This document shows, one piece after another, positions 9,596-23,139 of a DNA stretch of 53,182 nt (positions within the stretch are counted from its first letter, which is position 1; the number at the start of each line of letters is the position of its first letter). Location of the stretch: positions 72,855,958-72,909,139 of the forward strand of contig NC_068981.1 in assembly GCF_001194135.2 (NCBI RefSeq), read 5' to 3'. Origin of the DNA: Octopus bimaculoides. Its lineage: Eukaryota. The position numbers and the translations under genes were made by a program. Under the pieces are notes generated by a model that worked only from the letters and a program-made list of their open reading frames with translations, had not been told where the DNA came from and did not search any database.

Positions 9596-12244
9596 GTAAA
9601 CACATTTTCACTAGTTTTTATTGTCCTTGTAATTTTTTTTTTTTTTAATATATTTCTTGAAAATATCCTCCACTACTTTCATAAAATACGTTACATTTCT
9701 TTTTGCAATTTATTTTTAACAAAACAAAATTAAAATTTCATCCAACTAATAATGAGCCTATGACTGAATAATTTACGCAGTTTAATTTAGATATCTAGAG
9801 ATATCTAGAGATATATAAATAGGATAAGTGAATTAATTAAATGACCTATTAATGATAAATGCCATGTATGTTTAAACCACAATGGCTGTTGGCTTCAGGT
9901 GCAGTACAAGTAATTACATGATCGTATTACTCAGTCTTTACTTGAACTATTTTTCTGTGCTTCTTGTTCAACGTATCTACCTTTGTATGCTCGATATTGC
10001 CTGCAAGAGGAAAACCATTCCATCTAAACTAGCATGGGAAATGTTCTTATAAACAGCAAGACGAAAAGCTATCGGTTCCTGATAAAATATTGAACTCTGC
10101 AATTTCAACTCACTTTGTTATTTCACATACATGATGCTGAAACAACAATGATAATTACAAAAATTATCATTTCAAGACAAAGGCAAACACTTTTTAAAGT
10201 AAAATCCGTATCTTTATAAACACTTTTGGGGAAACTATTTCGAAACTTTCCTTACTGATCTGAAATAGATTAAATAAATTTATTTTATTTTTACTTTGAA
10301 CCGAAAACATATAAATACAGCTGTAGTAAGCTTTTATTCTGATAGGTATTAACGTCAGCCAGGAACTTATTTATAAGCATTGAACTCTAAAGCTACATGA
10401 ATTCACTATGAAAAATAATGGTTTCTAATTTAGACATAAGGTCAGCAATTTTGTGAGAAAAGGTTACATCAATGCTACCGACTCCATTACTTGGTCAACT
10501 TTATCTGTCATCCTTTCGGAGTTGATAAACTTTTAGTTTATCAACTCCGAAAGGATGACAGATAAAGTTGACCACGGCAGAATTTAAACTCAGAACGTAT
10601 AGAGTAGGAAGAAATACTGTAAGTCATTTTGTTCATCACTCAAATTAGTCTGCCAGCTCTTTGCCTTTCAGTTATGTAAGTAATGAAGTAATAATGAGAT
10701 AGTAATAGCTCTCAAGTTGTCAATTCTTTTTATAGATACGATTTTGGTCAATTGACTCAGCTCTAGTACACGCCTAAAATCAGAATTGACTACGGTAGAA
10801 TTTGAACTAAGAGAATAAGACAAAATAAAATGCTGTTAGCAGTCAACAGCCACATGTTTCAGCAACTTGCCCACACTTTTAAATAATGACGAAGCTACTG
10901 AGAAGAATTGAATTGTTTACTTAACTGAAAACTTGTTATCCACAAAGTGTCACTAGGAGCAACTTTTCCACAAGGCTAGGTATCTGGAGATTTAATCAGC
11001 TTCAGTTCTTGAGCGGTATTTATTTCCTTCATCCCACTAGAATGAAAGATATTCTTGACCCAGGCAGCTTATGAATACAGAATGCAAAAACAACGCAGCT
11101 AAAAAGCACAGACACGTATTGTGGTCTTCTTTTTCAATCACAGCTGTAACATAACACTGATGACATTTCCCTTACATATGCACAGTCTCAAATACGAAGA
11201 GCAAAACAGACCATTATATCAACTCCAGTACTTGACTGGTACTTTATTTTATCGACCTTGGAAGAATGAAAAGCATAAATTTAACTCTGCAAACTTTGCA
11301 CTCAAAAAGTAAAGAGCGAGAACAAACACTGCAAGGATTTTATCCAGCGCTAAAATATCACCAAATCTACCGCAATATTTTCATTAATTTGCCGTCGGTA
11401 CCCATTCATGCATTAATGATTCTTTCCATTGGCGCAAAGCCACAAATTTGTGACAAAATAATCGATTGAAATGACACCAATGAAAGACAAAGCTGGAGCA
11501 GAATTGATATAATTGTTTTTTTGTGAATTAGCTGTAATAGCGTCAGTGACAGCTGCAATTTCAACTCACTTCGTTATTTCACATACATGATGCTGAAACA
11601 ACAATGATAATTACAAAAATTATCATTTCAAGACAAAGGCAAACACTTTTTAAAATAAAATCCGTATCTTTATAAACACTTTTGGGGAAACTATTTCGAA
11701 ACTTTCCTTACTGATCTGAAATAGATTAAATAAATTTATTTTATTTTTACTTTGAACCGAAAACATATAAATACAGCTGTAGTAAGCTTTTATTCTGATA
11801 GGTATTAACGTCAGCCAGGAACTTATTTATAAGCATTTAAAATTTTTTTTAAAGAAAACATTAACATATTTTACATAATCCTTAGCGACATTCCTTTAAG
11901 CTACTACATTGAAAAGTGTTCTTCAGAAACAAATAGTATCAGCAAAGATCNNNNNNNNNNNNNNNNNNNNNNNNNNNNNNNNNNNNNNNNNNNNNNNNNN
12001 NNNNNNNNNNNNNNNNNNNNNNNNNNNNNNNNNNNNNNNNNNNNNNNNNNNNNNNNNNNNNNNNNNNNNNNNNNNNNNNNNNNNNNNNNNNNNNNNNNNN
12101 NNNNNNNNNNNNNNNNNNNNNNNNNNNNNNNNNNNNNNNNNNNNNNNNNNNNNNNNNNNNNNNNNNNNNNNNNNNNNNNNNNNNNNNNNNNNNNNNNNNN
12201 NNNNNNNNNNNNNNNNNNNNNNNNNNNNNNNNNNNNNNNNNNNN

Positions 12245-12281
<37 letters not shown>

Positions 12282-12734
12282 GATCACTTCGCTTAAGCAT
12301 TGCGAGACTGATAACCTGGTGTAGAACTCAATAAAAACAATAAACACCGAGTACTTCTACTCTGTACCGTTGAGTTCTGACTGATTTATTATAATCACCA
12401 AATGAACGAATACATATCTATTATATTAAAACTCTGAGTAGACTGTCTTTCCACTCTAGCTTAATGTATTGAGTTCTATATAAGATAATATATGTATGTA
12501 AATATGTATATATACATATGCATATATTATATATGTCCGTATGAGAGAATGTATCTGATGACCAGTTACTAGAAATTCAGCGTAAAAATTTGAGGTGATT
12601 TTAGCTGTCATAAAATACTATACTTTACTCTACCTTTGGTATTCGAGGTCTCACACGTGATCGTATGTCTGTGTCTATGTATACATGTAATATTTTGAAG
12701 CACTTGTGTGTGTATATATATGTTATATATACAT

Positions 12735-13060
12735 GAAGGCACGTGGCTTAGTGACTAGGATATTCAGCACGCAATCGTAAGGTCACGAGTTCGATTCACG
12801 GCGGCGCGTTGTGTTTTTGAGCAAGGGGCTTTATTTCACGATGCTCCTGTCCACTCAGCTGGCAAAAATGAGTTCTACCTGTATTTCAAGGGCCAGCCTT
12901 GTCACATTCTGTGTCACGCTGAATCTCCCTGAGAAGTATGTAAAGGTGCAAAGGCGTGTCTGTGGAGTGCTCAGTCACCTGCACGTTAATCTCGCGAGCA
13001 AGCTGTTCCGTTGATCGTATCAGCAGGGACCCTCGTCGTCGGAACCGACGGAGGCTCCTA
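12735..13060 (+). mobile_element. tRNA-headed CORE-like SINE family B
   Basis: A box TGGCTTAGTG, B box GAGTTCGATTC, CORE-like TTGAGCAAGG, 3' block TTAATCTCGCGAGCAAGCTGTTCCGTTGATC. Same family at 19250-19627 and 26255-27150. Confidence 0.8.
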
Positions 13061-15984
13061 TATATGTAATATTATTAAAGAAATAAAGATTACAGTCCAT
13101 GAACAGATATTCATTTTATCGATCTCTGAGTGATGAATTACAAAGTATTCCTCAGTTTGAACTTAGCAGAAACTTTAGACTTTAGATAATGAAAACCATT
13201 AAATAATTCTTTAAACATTATATGAAATTGATCGGCTTATTTATATAAATATAGAGAATATATGCAGTACCGAAACTAAGTAGATTCTATTGGTGTCAAA
13301 ATTATTCATTTTAGCTGTGTGTTTAATTTGAGCTAAAATAAATGAAATGTAAATGATCAAACCTAATTAGTAAATCTTTTCTGAAGAACGATTATGTCAT
13401 TGGTTAGTTTTTCGAGAAGTTACATGTTTGCTAGTATTCTCGTAATGTATTATGCCCACTATAAATATGATTTATGTATGTGAGATGTGTATGTGCGGGT
13501 GGGGGTGTAATTTATTCAGAAATGATTTGGAATTTAGTTTAAAATGACAAAGATTTATCCCTATAAGAACATTAGTGCTCAGCCTAAGAATAGTGTTGTT
13601 GTTCAGCCACGAGAAGACCTATGGTCGGAAGCTTTCTGAATGTTATTGCTCTGTCTTTTCAGACAATTTATCCAATATATCCTTGCATGCTATAAAGGCA
13701 TTAGAATGAAACTCAGAAAGTGCTTAGTTAATATTTCAACCGGGTCGTTCGAGCCTGCAATGGTATGGATGAAGTGGTGATGATAGTAAACAAAATCGAC
13801 TGTAAAAGTTAGATTTGCTAAAAGCAACGCCGTTTGCAATACGACTAATGAGCAACGAGATATCATAGAAATCTACTGAGATTGTAACAGCTTTCATCAC
13901 CACATGGGATCGAATGAAAGACGAATGTAAAGGAAGCTCTGATCTTTCTTACAGCAACCGACATTGTGCGAATGGCTGTGGATGATCATCATAGTAATGA
14001 AAGAAAAGATTCTGCCCTTAAATTACAATCGATGATGATACTCAAGATCGATTGCAGATGCTTTTCTTTACTAATTAAGACAGGTGCAATAATGATTTGT
14101 TTTTTGATCGATACTTTCCACATTTTTGTTAGGCAACTGGTGCATATTGAGTGAACACCATCTGCATATCTATATACAATATTGTATACTTTGACGAGGT
14201 TTGCTATATTAGCGTTTAAAATTTAATCCAGACTCCGTCAGGAATCTCCATTTATCTTGTAGCTGTACTAAAACCAATTTTTTGCTGTTGTTGCATGCAC
14301 TTCTGGCCAGAACTAAACCGATTACATAATCTGGATTTGGTTCTCAGTTAGGCTCATGTCACTAATGCCATTGACACACACTCATGTGGTTCGTTACAGA
14401 ATCTAATTTTGTCTTCGTTGTAAATGACTATTTTATGTAGCTATACGTGTTGAATCCAAATCTTCTTTATGAGCATGTAGAAAGCTAATATAAACTGCTT
14501 TAGTGCATTTCTTTCTTGAATCAAGTCATGAAACCCAGGGCTGAAATTTAATAGGTTATGGTATTAACCATACCCTTCAAAAATCTTGTGGTTATAACTA
14601 AAGTTATAACACTGTGTGACAGTATTTGTTTACTCGTCTTTTTTTTATAATTGTGACGCTAAGCCCCACATTCACGTGAAGTTTTTGTTACATAACATAC
14701 ACCTATTTTTTTTATATTCGACAAAAAAGTACTTACAAATATATATTCGCCAACCCAGTATCATCATAATGATACTGTCCAATACAGATTTTGGCACCTT
14801 AGATTTTAAGGCTTATTCTTACATATATTTGATGTACTGATTCTAAACATCCTATCATTTTACCCTAGTACCTCTAATCTGGCAATATAACTTACCCTTT
14901 TTATATACTGGTGTTTCCACTTTTGAGTTGCAACAAGAGCCTTATTGCATATTACATGTTGGTATCTTAGAAATTAGGCAAGATATGAGGTACATTTGGG
15001 ATGTTGGTTTCAAAGATGTTATAAATTCTGGCTTGTCGGCAACGATATGCAATTTTGATTTAAAAAATATTTTTATTACATGTTGTTAAAACAACTACAT
15101 GCTACTAAATCAATTTATTTGCCACAAATGCTTAGAATAAAGATGATGAATGAATATAGTGTCTGTTTTAGATACATCTGCAATAAATTTTCTGAACTCA
15201 ACATGGAAAAACTTAAACCGTGGGTTATTTTTTTCATGGCGCCCTGATAAGAGAGCTTATAAAAGATACATATTTCAGAGGTTCAGTGCACAAAAGTGAA
15301 TTTTGTGCAGGGTCTTCGTTTATTCTGGTCGTCAAAATCTTTTATAGCGATCTTAAGGCGGACACCTACTCTAGACAAAATATAATTTTATAAGATTGGC
15401 CTTCAACGTGAGTGTCAAGAATGTCCAATACCACCAATGACACTCAGGTCGCTTTCCACAAAAACTTGTTGATTTAAGCCAAGAGCAGTGAAAATGTAAT
15501 AACGTTATAAGAGATGTAATAGGGAAAATTGGGAACAGAGAAATAGGTACAAATATGATGGAAGACTACTGTTGGAATCTTTCAACAAGACTGATCAAGT
15601 AAATCTCACTCTAGAAAGGACTATTAAAGAAACTTTTTATGTTTCTTTATAACTGATAAGTTAGCATTCTTTTGTTATAATTTCTATAGATTCTAAGGTA
15701 ATGTGCTCAAAAAATCATGCTTGTTTAAATAGCATGTAATATTTTGGTTTTAAATTTTGGCACTAGGCCAGCAATTTGGAAGATAGGTTAAGTCGATTAA
15801 AATCGACCCCAGTGCTCAATTGGTACTTATTTCATCGACCCCGAAAGGATGACGAGAAAATCAACCTCGGCGGATTTGAACTAAGAACGTAAAGACAGAC
15901 GAAATGCCGCTAAAAATTTTTACCCAGCGAGTTAATGATTCTGCCAGTTTACTGTCTTTAAAGCACCTGAAATATTAACAGCAT

Positions 15985-17850
15985 TAAGGCAGCAAGCTTG
16001 ATAGAATCGTTAGGATGCCGTATGTATAGTTGGTTGTTTTTACAGTCGTAATATTGTGTCGGTGTTTTTTAACATTTTGTAAATTGTTTTTGCGCTGCTT
16101 TGCAGCGGTTTTGCTGGTGGTGCTTTACAGAGAGTTAGCCAGGATAATGGCAAAAAGTAAAATGTTTTCTTCGGACCTTAGTGGTATTAAGTTGTCTTCT
16201 TCGGAGGAAGAACTGATAATGGCAGTAAAAAAGATGGGCAGAGAATTAGGTAAAAAGAACTTTGCAGAAGTGACAAAAGAAAAGAAAAGAGGTGGACTTA
16301 TCAAATATAGACAAAGACGGTAAAAATGGCGCACAGAGAAGGGAAGGGGGTTAAGTTGTCACCACCCAAGAAGATATTGGAGGAGAGGGGAAAAAGATCT
16401 TGGCGTATAAGGTATACTCGATAAAAGAAAGAAGATTGGAACATGCGAAGTAGGAGGAAATTGAAAAGACTTTATGCTCGGTAATGAAAGAGGAAAAATA
16501 TTTAGGAAGAGGAAATTCATACGGGACTATTGTTGTCCATTTTAGGACAGAGGAAATGGCAGGGCAACAGGTAGTGACTACGGCGAGAACAAAGTGGTCC
16601 TTCCAGGATTAGGGTAAACAGGACCCCGCCAGATATAAATGTGGCTTGGTTTGCAGCAGCAGTCCTCCTCGGAAATAAGGAGGAGGTGGTCGTCATCCAG
16701 GCTACAGAAATAGAAGGAACAAAATGGAAAGGCAAGACGCTAGACCTAATAGTTCAAGCGGAAGTGGAAACGCTGGAAGGACTCGTAGAAACGGTGTCGA
16801 TCGGAGATACGATGCTAAGAGTGTGGGTGGATGGAAGAGTCCCTCGTTGTTTTAAATGTGGCCAGAAGGGCCACATTAGGGCACACTGTACCACACAGAA
16901 AACAACAGAAAGAGAAGAAAAGGAGCCAGAAAAAATACAGGAGGAGATATTGGAGGAAGTGCAGAGAAAGGAGGAAGTATGGACAGTAGCTGGGAAAAAG
17001 AGAAGGAAAGGACAGAACGAGATGGAACCCCAAACCGCCCACACCCACTCAGTCGCACCCTCTACCCGCAAACACCAAACCCACCCATTCTTCTCCTTTA
17101 CAAAACAAAAAGAAAAAAGAAAACAAACAGACATCACAGGATTTACGAAAGCCCTCTCCCCGTGAGAATAATTATGTCTGTTTGTTGACAGAGGGGGCAG
17201 AAAAGGATTTGATTTATGAAGTTAAGAAGTGGCGAAATTTGTGAACATAGAGGGATACACAACCATTGTAGGCTGGCAATTGTGTGTACTGGTAACTCAA
17301 AGCCAAAAAGATGTGATATCCAAATACAAAAAAGGAGTTATACGCTGGAGACTACGCGGACTTAAAAAAAGTTACCGGATAGTACGAGGTACAAAGACTT
17401 AATAAAGGTGCATGGAGTGGACATATTAAGGGACACGCCCTATAAATGGTAAAAGGAAGAAACGAGGCTGCTTGCTGGGGCAAGTAGTTCATTTTCATAT
17501 TCATTTCATTGTTATCATGCATGTACATCATACGTTTTTAATTTTAATTTTTATATTCATTTAATTGTCTGTGTTATTTTTGTATGTCCCCACATGTGTT
17601 GTACTAATATCTGTGTAAACTCTTTATGGGAAATAAAGAAATAAGAATCGTTAGCATGCCAGGTAAAATCCTTAGCGACATTTCTTCCGTCTTTATGTTC
17701 TGAGTTCAAAACCTGCCGTGGTCAAGTTTGTCGTTCATCCTTTCGGGGTGGACAAAATACGTACCCTCCGAGCACTGAGGTCGGTATGAACGATTATCCC
17801 CCGGCCCCATAATTGCTGGCCCTCTACCAACTTTGGAACCAATATATTAA
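15985..17850 (+). mobile_element. SINE family E copy split by a 1.6-kb insertion (head 15985-16019, remainder 17644-17850)
   Basis: The head stops at 16019 and the SINE resumes in register at 17644. Uninterrupted reference copy at 43508-43715. Confidence 0.85.
16020..17643 (+). mobile_element. Non-autonomous ORF1-only retroelement with gag-like zinc knuckle and no EN/RT
   Basis: 17-bp TSD AGAATCGTTAG(G/C)ATGCC at 16003-16019 and 17644-17660. Frameshifted ORF with CFKCGQKGHIRAHC at 16848-16889. T-rich 3' region and AATAAAGAAATA tail. Confidence 0.8.
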
Positions 17851-18194
17851 CAGCGAAATTATTGTTGCATCTGTATCACAATAGCTAATCATTAGCCAGT
17901 TAGATAGGATAACAAGGTCAAAAATATACTTCTAAGTATATTTCTACAATGTAAGCGGTATCTAGAATTCTTAAATTCAACGCGCGTGTCTGCATCCGTA
18001 TATATAGAGATGTGCCATACATTCGAAAACTAATGGTATATTTGAAATCGTGCTTGAAATATGCAGAGAATTTTTTTAAATTATTTTTTGCTAGTGTTAT
18101 AGATTCGTTTAGAATCAATAACACTGCAACAATATTTAATATCATTTCATTTTCTTTCTTTTTTTTTTTGTATTAAATTTTTTTTTTTTCGCAG

Positions 18195-18437
18195 GTGTCT
18201 TCACATGTGGCCCTGCTCCGGTTAAAGGTATAAGGGAAGGCGATCTCCATTTAGGATATGACACAAAATTCCTGTTTTCTGAAATCCATGGAGACCGTGT
18301 TCACTGGGTGTTGGATTCTATGGGAAATATGACACCCTTTGCTGTCGAGAAGAATGCTGTCGGTCGTTCTATCAGCACGAAAGCAGTAAATACAATTTCT
18401 AGGGATGATTTGACTCAACATTACAAGTATCCGGACG
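18195..18437 (+). CDS. TGM: Transglutaminase exon, core domain C-terminal part
   Basis: T-tract-GCAG acceptor and GTGAG donor; 243 nt, phase 1-1. (G)VFTCGPAPVKGIREGDLHLGYDTKFLFSEIHGDRVHW...VGRSISTKAV..SRDDLTQHYKYPD(G). Confidence 0.96.
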
Positions 18438-18467
18438 GTGAGTTCTTATTACTAAGTGCAAGCACAC

Positions 18468-18590
<123 letters not shown>

Positions 18591-19249
18591 GTGATTTTTT
18601 TTCTTCTTGATTAACGTATTATATACCGTATCACAGTAATAAATACTAACATTGGGAAGAAAAATGGAAAAAAGAAAATAAAGTTAAATAGTCTTATCTC
18701 ATGAATCATCAATTCCTATTCTTCTGGGAATACTGTAGCATTTGCTATTATGTTTAGATGAATGAGATTCTGTTTCTACTTGGACGGCAGCCAGTCTGCT
18801 ATTTGATGCAATCCTAAAACGCACTGGCACTTCTGAATCTCTCTTCTATATGCAAAGGTACATGTTATTGAGGTACACAACATAAGCTAATAGTTTAGAC
18901 ACAGTTGTTACTATTTTTTTTTATAATACAAGCTTGTAATTTCTAACGTAAATGAAATTTGAGTGGTAGTTGATCTGAGCTACATTATCTGCAAGGATTA
19001 CTTATAGATTAATGGCATTGAAGATTTGTCAGAATGGAAGTATTTCAATAAAGTTGGTATTAAATTATTGTTTAGCTCTCGGTCAGCCCTGTTTAATCAG
19101 GGCTGACCGAGATATAAATAGCAAAGGCTTTCCTGAACATCCCGCCTTTACTTCAGACAAAATACATTTAATGTACCTTTCCTTTTTACAAAATGGTAAG
19201 AAGGGATTTGAGAGAGATTTAGCTGCTGTTTATAGTCGTCTGGTGTAGA

Positions 19250-19627
19250 AGTGCAATGGCCCAGTGGTTAGGGCAGCGGACTCGCGGTCATAGGATCGCA
19301 GTTTCGATTCCCAGACCGGGCGTTGTGAGTGTTTATTGAACGAAAACACCTAAAGCTCCACGAGGCACCGGCAGGGGATGGTGGCGAACCCTGCTGTACT
19401 CTTTCACCACAACTTTCTCTCACTCTTTCTTCCTGTTTCTGTTGTCCCTGTAATTCAAAGGGTCAGCCTTGTCACACTGTGTCATGCTGAATATCCCCTA
19501 GAACTACGTTAAGAGTACACGTGTCTGTGGAGTGCTCAACCACTTGCACGTTAATTTCACGAGCAGGCTGTTCCGTTGATCGGATCAACTGGAACCATCG
19601 ACATCGTAAGCGACGGAGTGCCAACAA
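19250..19627 (+). mobile_element. SINE family B copy
   Basis: tRNA-like head TGGCCCAGTGGTTAGGGCAGCGGACTCGCGG..TTCGATTC, then CORE-like and family B 3' blocks. Confidence 0.85.
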
Positions 19628-19765
19628 TAGTCGTCTGAGAGTCTATTTGACACTCCCTTCTAGGCTCGTATAAAGTGGCTTTTCTTTGATATACTCGCTT
19701 CATATAAATCAAGCACAAATGATCTGAATCTTTTAACTTTGAAATTCTCTTTACTTCGTTAACAG

Positions 19766-20044
19766 GTAGCCCTGAGCTAGCAGTTTGCATGGAGAAAGCT
19801 CAAAAACACGCACTACGATCTCTACCCGAAATTCCTGCCCCGAGCAAAAGTGACATTGACTTTACGTTTACAGGAGAGGGATATCGAACTGGGGATGTTA
19901 GTGCGTCTCTTCGAATCAAAAATAACTCGGCTTCTTCTCGCATTATCTCTGTACACTTATGTGCAGCAGCTGCATATTATACCGGTGTGCCAGCGAATGA
20001 TTTAAAAGAAAATTCCAACAATGCACAGCTTGAACCACATGCAG
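19766..20044 (+). CDS. TGM: Transglutaminase exon, end of core and start of beta-barrel 1
   Basis: AACAG acceptor and GTTTGT donor; 279 nt, phase 1-1. (G)SPELAVCMEKAQKHALRSLPEIP...SLRIKNNSASSRIISVHLCAAAAYYTGV...LEPHA. Confidence 0.95.
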
Positions 20045-20759
20045 GTTTGTAGTAATCCGTGAATATTATTTTTTGGGTTTATTCCTTACCGCTATTTCAT
20101 CATTGTTATCACTATTTATCAGCAGTTAGTGGAAGACAAAGCTCTCGACAAAATGTGTTGTAATATTTAGCTGTAATATTTAGTCTTTTGACATTCTTTA
20201 ATTCAAATTCCACCGAGTTTCATTTTGGGCTTCAGTCTTCTGAATGTCGATAAAATATGTATTATTCAGGTGGAACTGGTTTAGACGAATATTCCTGCCT
20301 ACGAAACATGTAACTTTATGGGTATATTATAAATCATAAATATTTATTTTATTCTCAGTGATATAATTATTTACAATAAAATATTTGAAATTATTCAAGA
20401 CTATATCTAAATAAAGACGCGTTCTGACTGAGAAAATAGTTATATGTTTAAGCCAGAGACTCATCTCTGCGAGCCTCAGTTTATAGGCAATATCGAACAA
20501 TAAATCTTTTAGAAACATTCTTATGATTCATCGTTAGGTGGCAGAGGGAAAAAAAGCAGTATTTCACTCCATGTCAAAATATCGACTTCTTGCCGACATT
20601 ATACTCATACACACAACAAAGCACAACACGACACAATACAATACAATACAACACACACTTTCTATCAAATACGATTACGAACATCATTTTTGGATTTTAT
20701 GATGACAATTTTTCACAATACTCAATTTGCAACTTCGATTATAGAGGGGTCATGTAAAA

Positions 20760-21550
20760 AAAAAACTGGTTGGAGATGCTAGGTGCAACTCTGCATCTAT
20801 GCCTTTTTTCCCTTCTCTCTTGGTAGCTGAGTGTGTTTCTTCGCCAAAGTTTCAATCCTCCACTCCAGTAGTGAGATCAATGTGAATGTCGAGCAATGTG
20901 GTCTTCCATTTTTGACAAATGGATGTGGCTCCGCTTCAGACAATTTCTTCAGTTGTCTTTTAACCACTCCTCTGATGCACTAACCGGGCAATGTGACTGG
21001 TTTAAAACGATCCTACGGGGAAGAGGTGAGTTAATCATGCACATTATGTGTTTGGAAACAATATGGGTTCACAGCTGCTTTTTACGCTGTTTTGATGCAT
21101 ATCTGTGTAATTGTATCTCGTCAGGTAATTGAAAAGATCTTCTGTAGTTCCTGAATGCTTCGATCTTTATGACCTGGCTGCATCTGATCTTTACATCACT
21201 CCCACAAAGCAGAAGCAGATGGCAACAGACTGGCATTTAGATGAAAATCTTGATTTGGAGGCTGTGAATCATGAAGGTAGCAGATGACAAGTATATCACA
21301 GAATTCCTCCATAACTGTGTATCTATTAGATTAGAATGGCTTAAAAGCAACTTCCGCTTTTGCTAATGAGTTTTTCAATAAAGATGTGCCATCTGATGAC
21401 CTAACAGGTGACATGGAGCAAATCTCGGCGTTATAAAGAATCTTCATCACATCGTAGAAATTTCCTATATTATGCTTGTCTGCAAGCATCTAGATTTCTT
21501 CACCTTTTGCAATCCATCATTCATTTTTCAGGATCTAATGGATGAATTGA
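20760..21550 (-). mobile_element. Heavily decayed, internally deleted RTE-clade LINE
   Basis: Minus-strand remnants EI*MLADKHNIGNFYDVMKILY and SPVRSSDGTSLL (EN-RT linker), and HIMCMINSPLPRRIVL (post-RT). Confidence 0.6.
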
Positions 21551-23139
21551 ACTTCACTCCAAAGAGTTAACTATTGCTTTTTAAAGTTTATAACGGGGGA
21601 TAATCCAGGTTTGCTCTGTGGGCTTTATGCTTTTGTGCATGTCACTGAGGTGCCTGCCGATTGTACAAGCACTTCCATCGAGATAATCCTTTCTAATATA
21701 AGCACAATGCCTGAAATTTGGGGGAGGGGAATAGTCGATTATATCGACCCCAGTGTTCAACAGGTACTTATTTTGTCGACCATGAAAAGTAAAGTCGATT
21801 TCGGTGGAATTTGAACTTAGAACGTAGTGACGGGCGAAGTACACCTAATCATTTCGTCCAGCGTGCTAACGATTCTGCCAGCTCACCGCCTTAGCTCTCA
21901 TCAAATTATGTTAATGCATTTGAATCTTTCAATCGACAATTTCGGCAGAAATGTTCCCGCGAATTGGTCGTTTTTGCTTGTTTTCGCGTACAACTTCACA
22001 TTTGCATATGTTTTCACTACAGATCTAAAAATAAAGCATTCCTTATATAGACAAATACATAGAGGAATGTCTAATGTCTTCATATGCAATTTGATAAAGT
22101 AATGCATGTCTATAGTGTTTAAACAACCCAAAATGTTGTCAAAATCATTTTAGTAAGGAATATCTCTGATGGTGTAATACCGCAATTAGTCTGAATTAAA
22201 TCATTTAAATTATGCCCTGCCTCTACAGCGAAAAGCCCAATTTTTATAAGACAAGCTTGTGTGTGTGTGTGTGTGTGTGTGTGTGATGGGATAAAATGTC
22301 AACTGGGGATGTAAGATCTAGCATTTAGAAAGATCGCAATGATTTCTACCGTGTTGTTCATTCGTAAGAATGAGAAAGCACAGTACTGTTGTAATGTTTC
22401 TTGAGATCTCAATAGAAAGACAGATAGCTGCATGCATTATAGTATTGCTGAACGAAACTACGTGCTTTACACGGAAGAAACACATTACGTAACATGTTAA
22501 GATTGTATCTGGGTGCATTAACTTCAAAACTCTTGCAGTTTCGTATCTAAATTAATTTATAAGGCATTTAGATGAGTTTCTGATAAATGCCTTCAAGACA
22601 TTTTAAATACATTCGTCCGAAAATTGAAACGGTATCAAACGGCTATTATTTACCGTATTTACATGCACTAAATACTGTCGTATGACAGTTTGTAAATTAC
22701 TCTCCCATTTTAGTGTATGCAACCCTTTTAAAGTCTGAGTCTAACTCGCGCATTATACATTCCCACATAATTTGAGGCCATCTGTCATTATCATTATGAT
22801 TAATCTTTATAAGGGCAGCAGAGTGAATTAAAGAGTCGAGGGTTAGACTTAATAGATTTTAGCATTAAGTTTCGTCCAACGAAGTTCAGTTTGTCTTTCA
22901 TCTCTCCGGGATCGATGTAATTGGTATCAGCTGGCTATACAAGTAATTTGAGTTCTCTAATAACGCTACCACTAATAGTAGTGGTTATAGCAGTGTTAGT
23001 AATAATAATATAGGTAGTAGTGGTAGTAGTAGTAGTATATGAAACAGGATAAGGAAGAAACAGGTGGTGGAGGAGAAAGAAGAGATTACATGGCAGCGCA
23101 TCTAAAAGTTGGTACAAAGTTGAATCAACTTTAATGCAT

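Noticed and set aside
13601-13641. GACC-tat-GGTC hairpin followed by GGAAGCTT and flanked by TTCAG/CTGAA
   Set aside because: Hammerhead-like outline, but both core segments are broken; too weak to call.
14536-15246. Possible hAT element (CAGGGC...GCCCTG)
   Set aside because: The TIR match is only 6 bp, there is no 8-bp TSD, and no convincing transposase.
19251-19330. tRNA-like sequence (also at 12735 and 24832)
   Set aside because: It continues directly into a SINE core and has no complete cloverleaf; it is a SINE head, not a tRNA gene.
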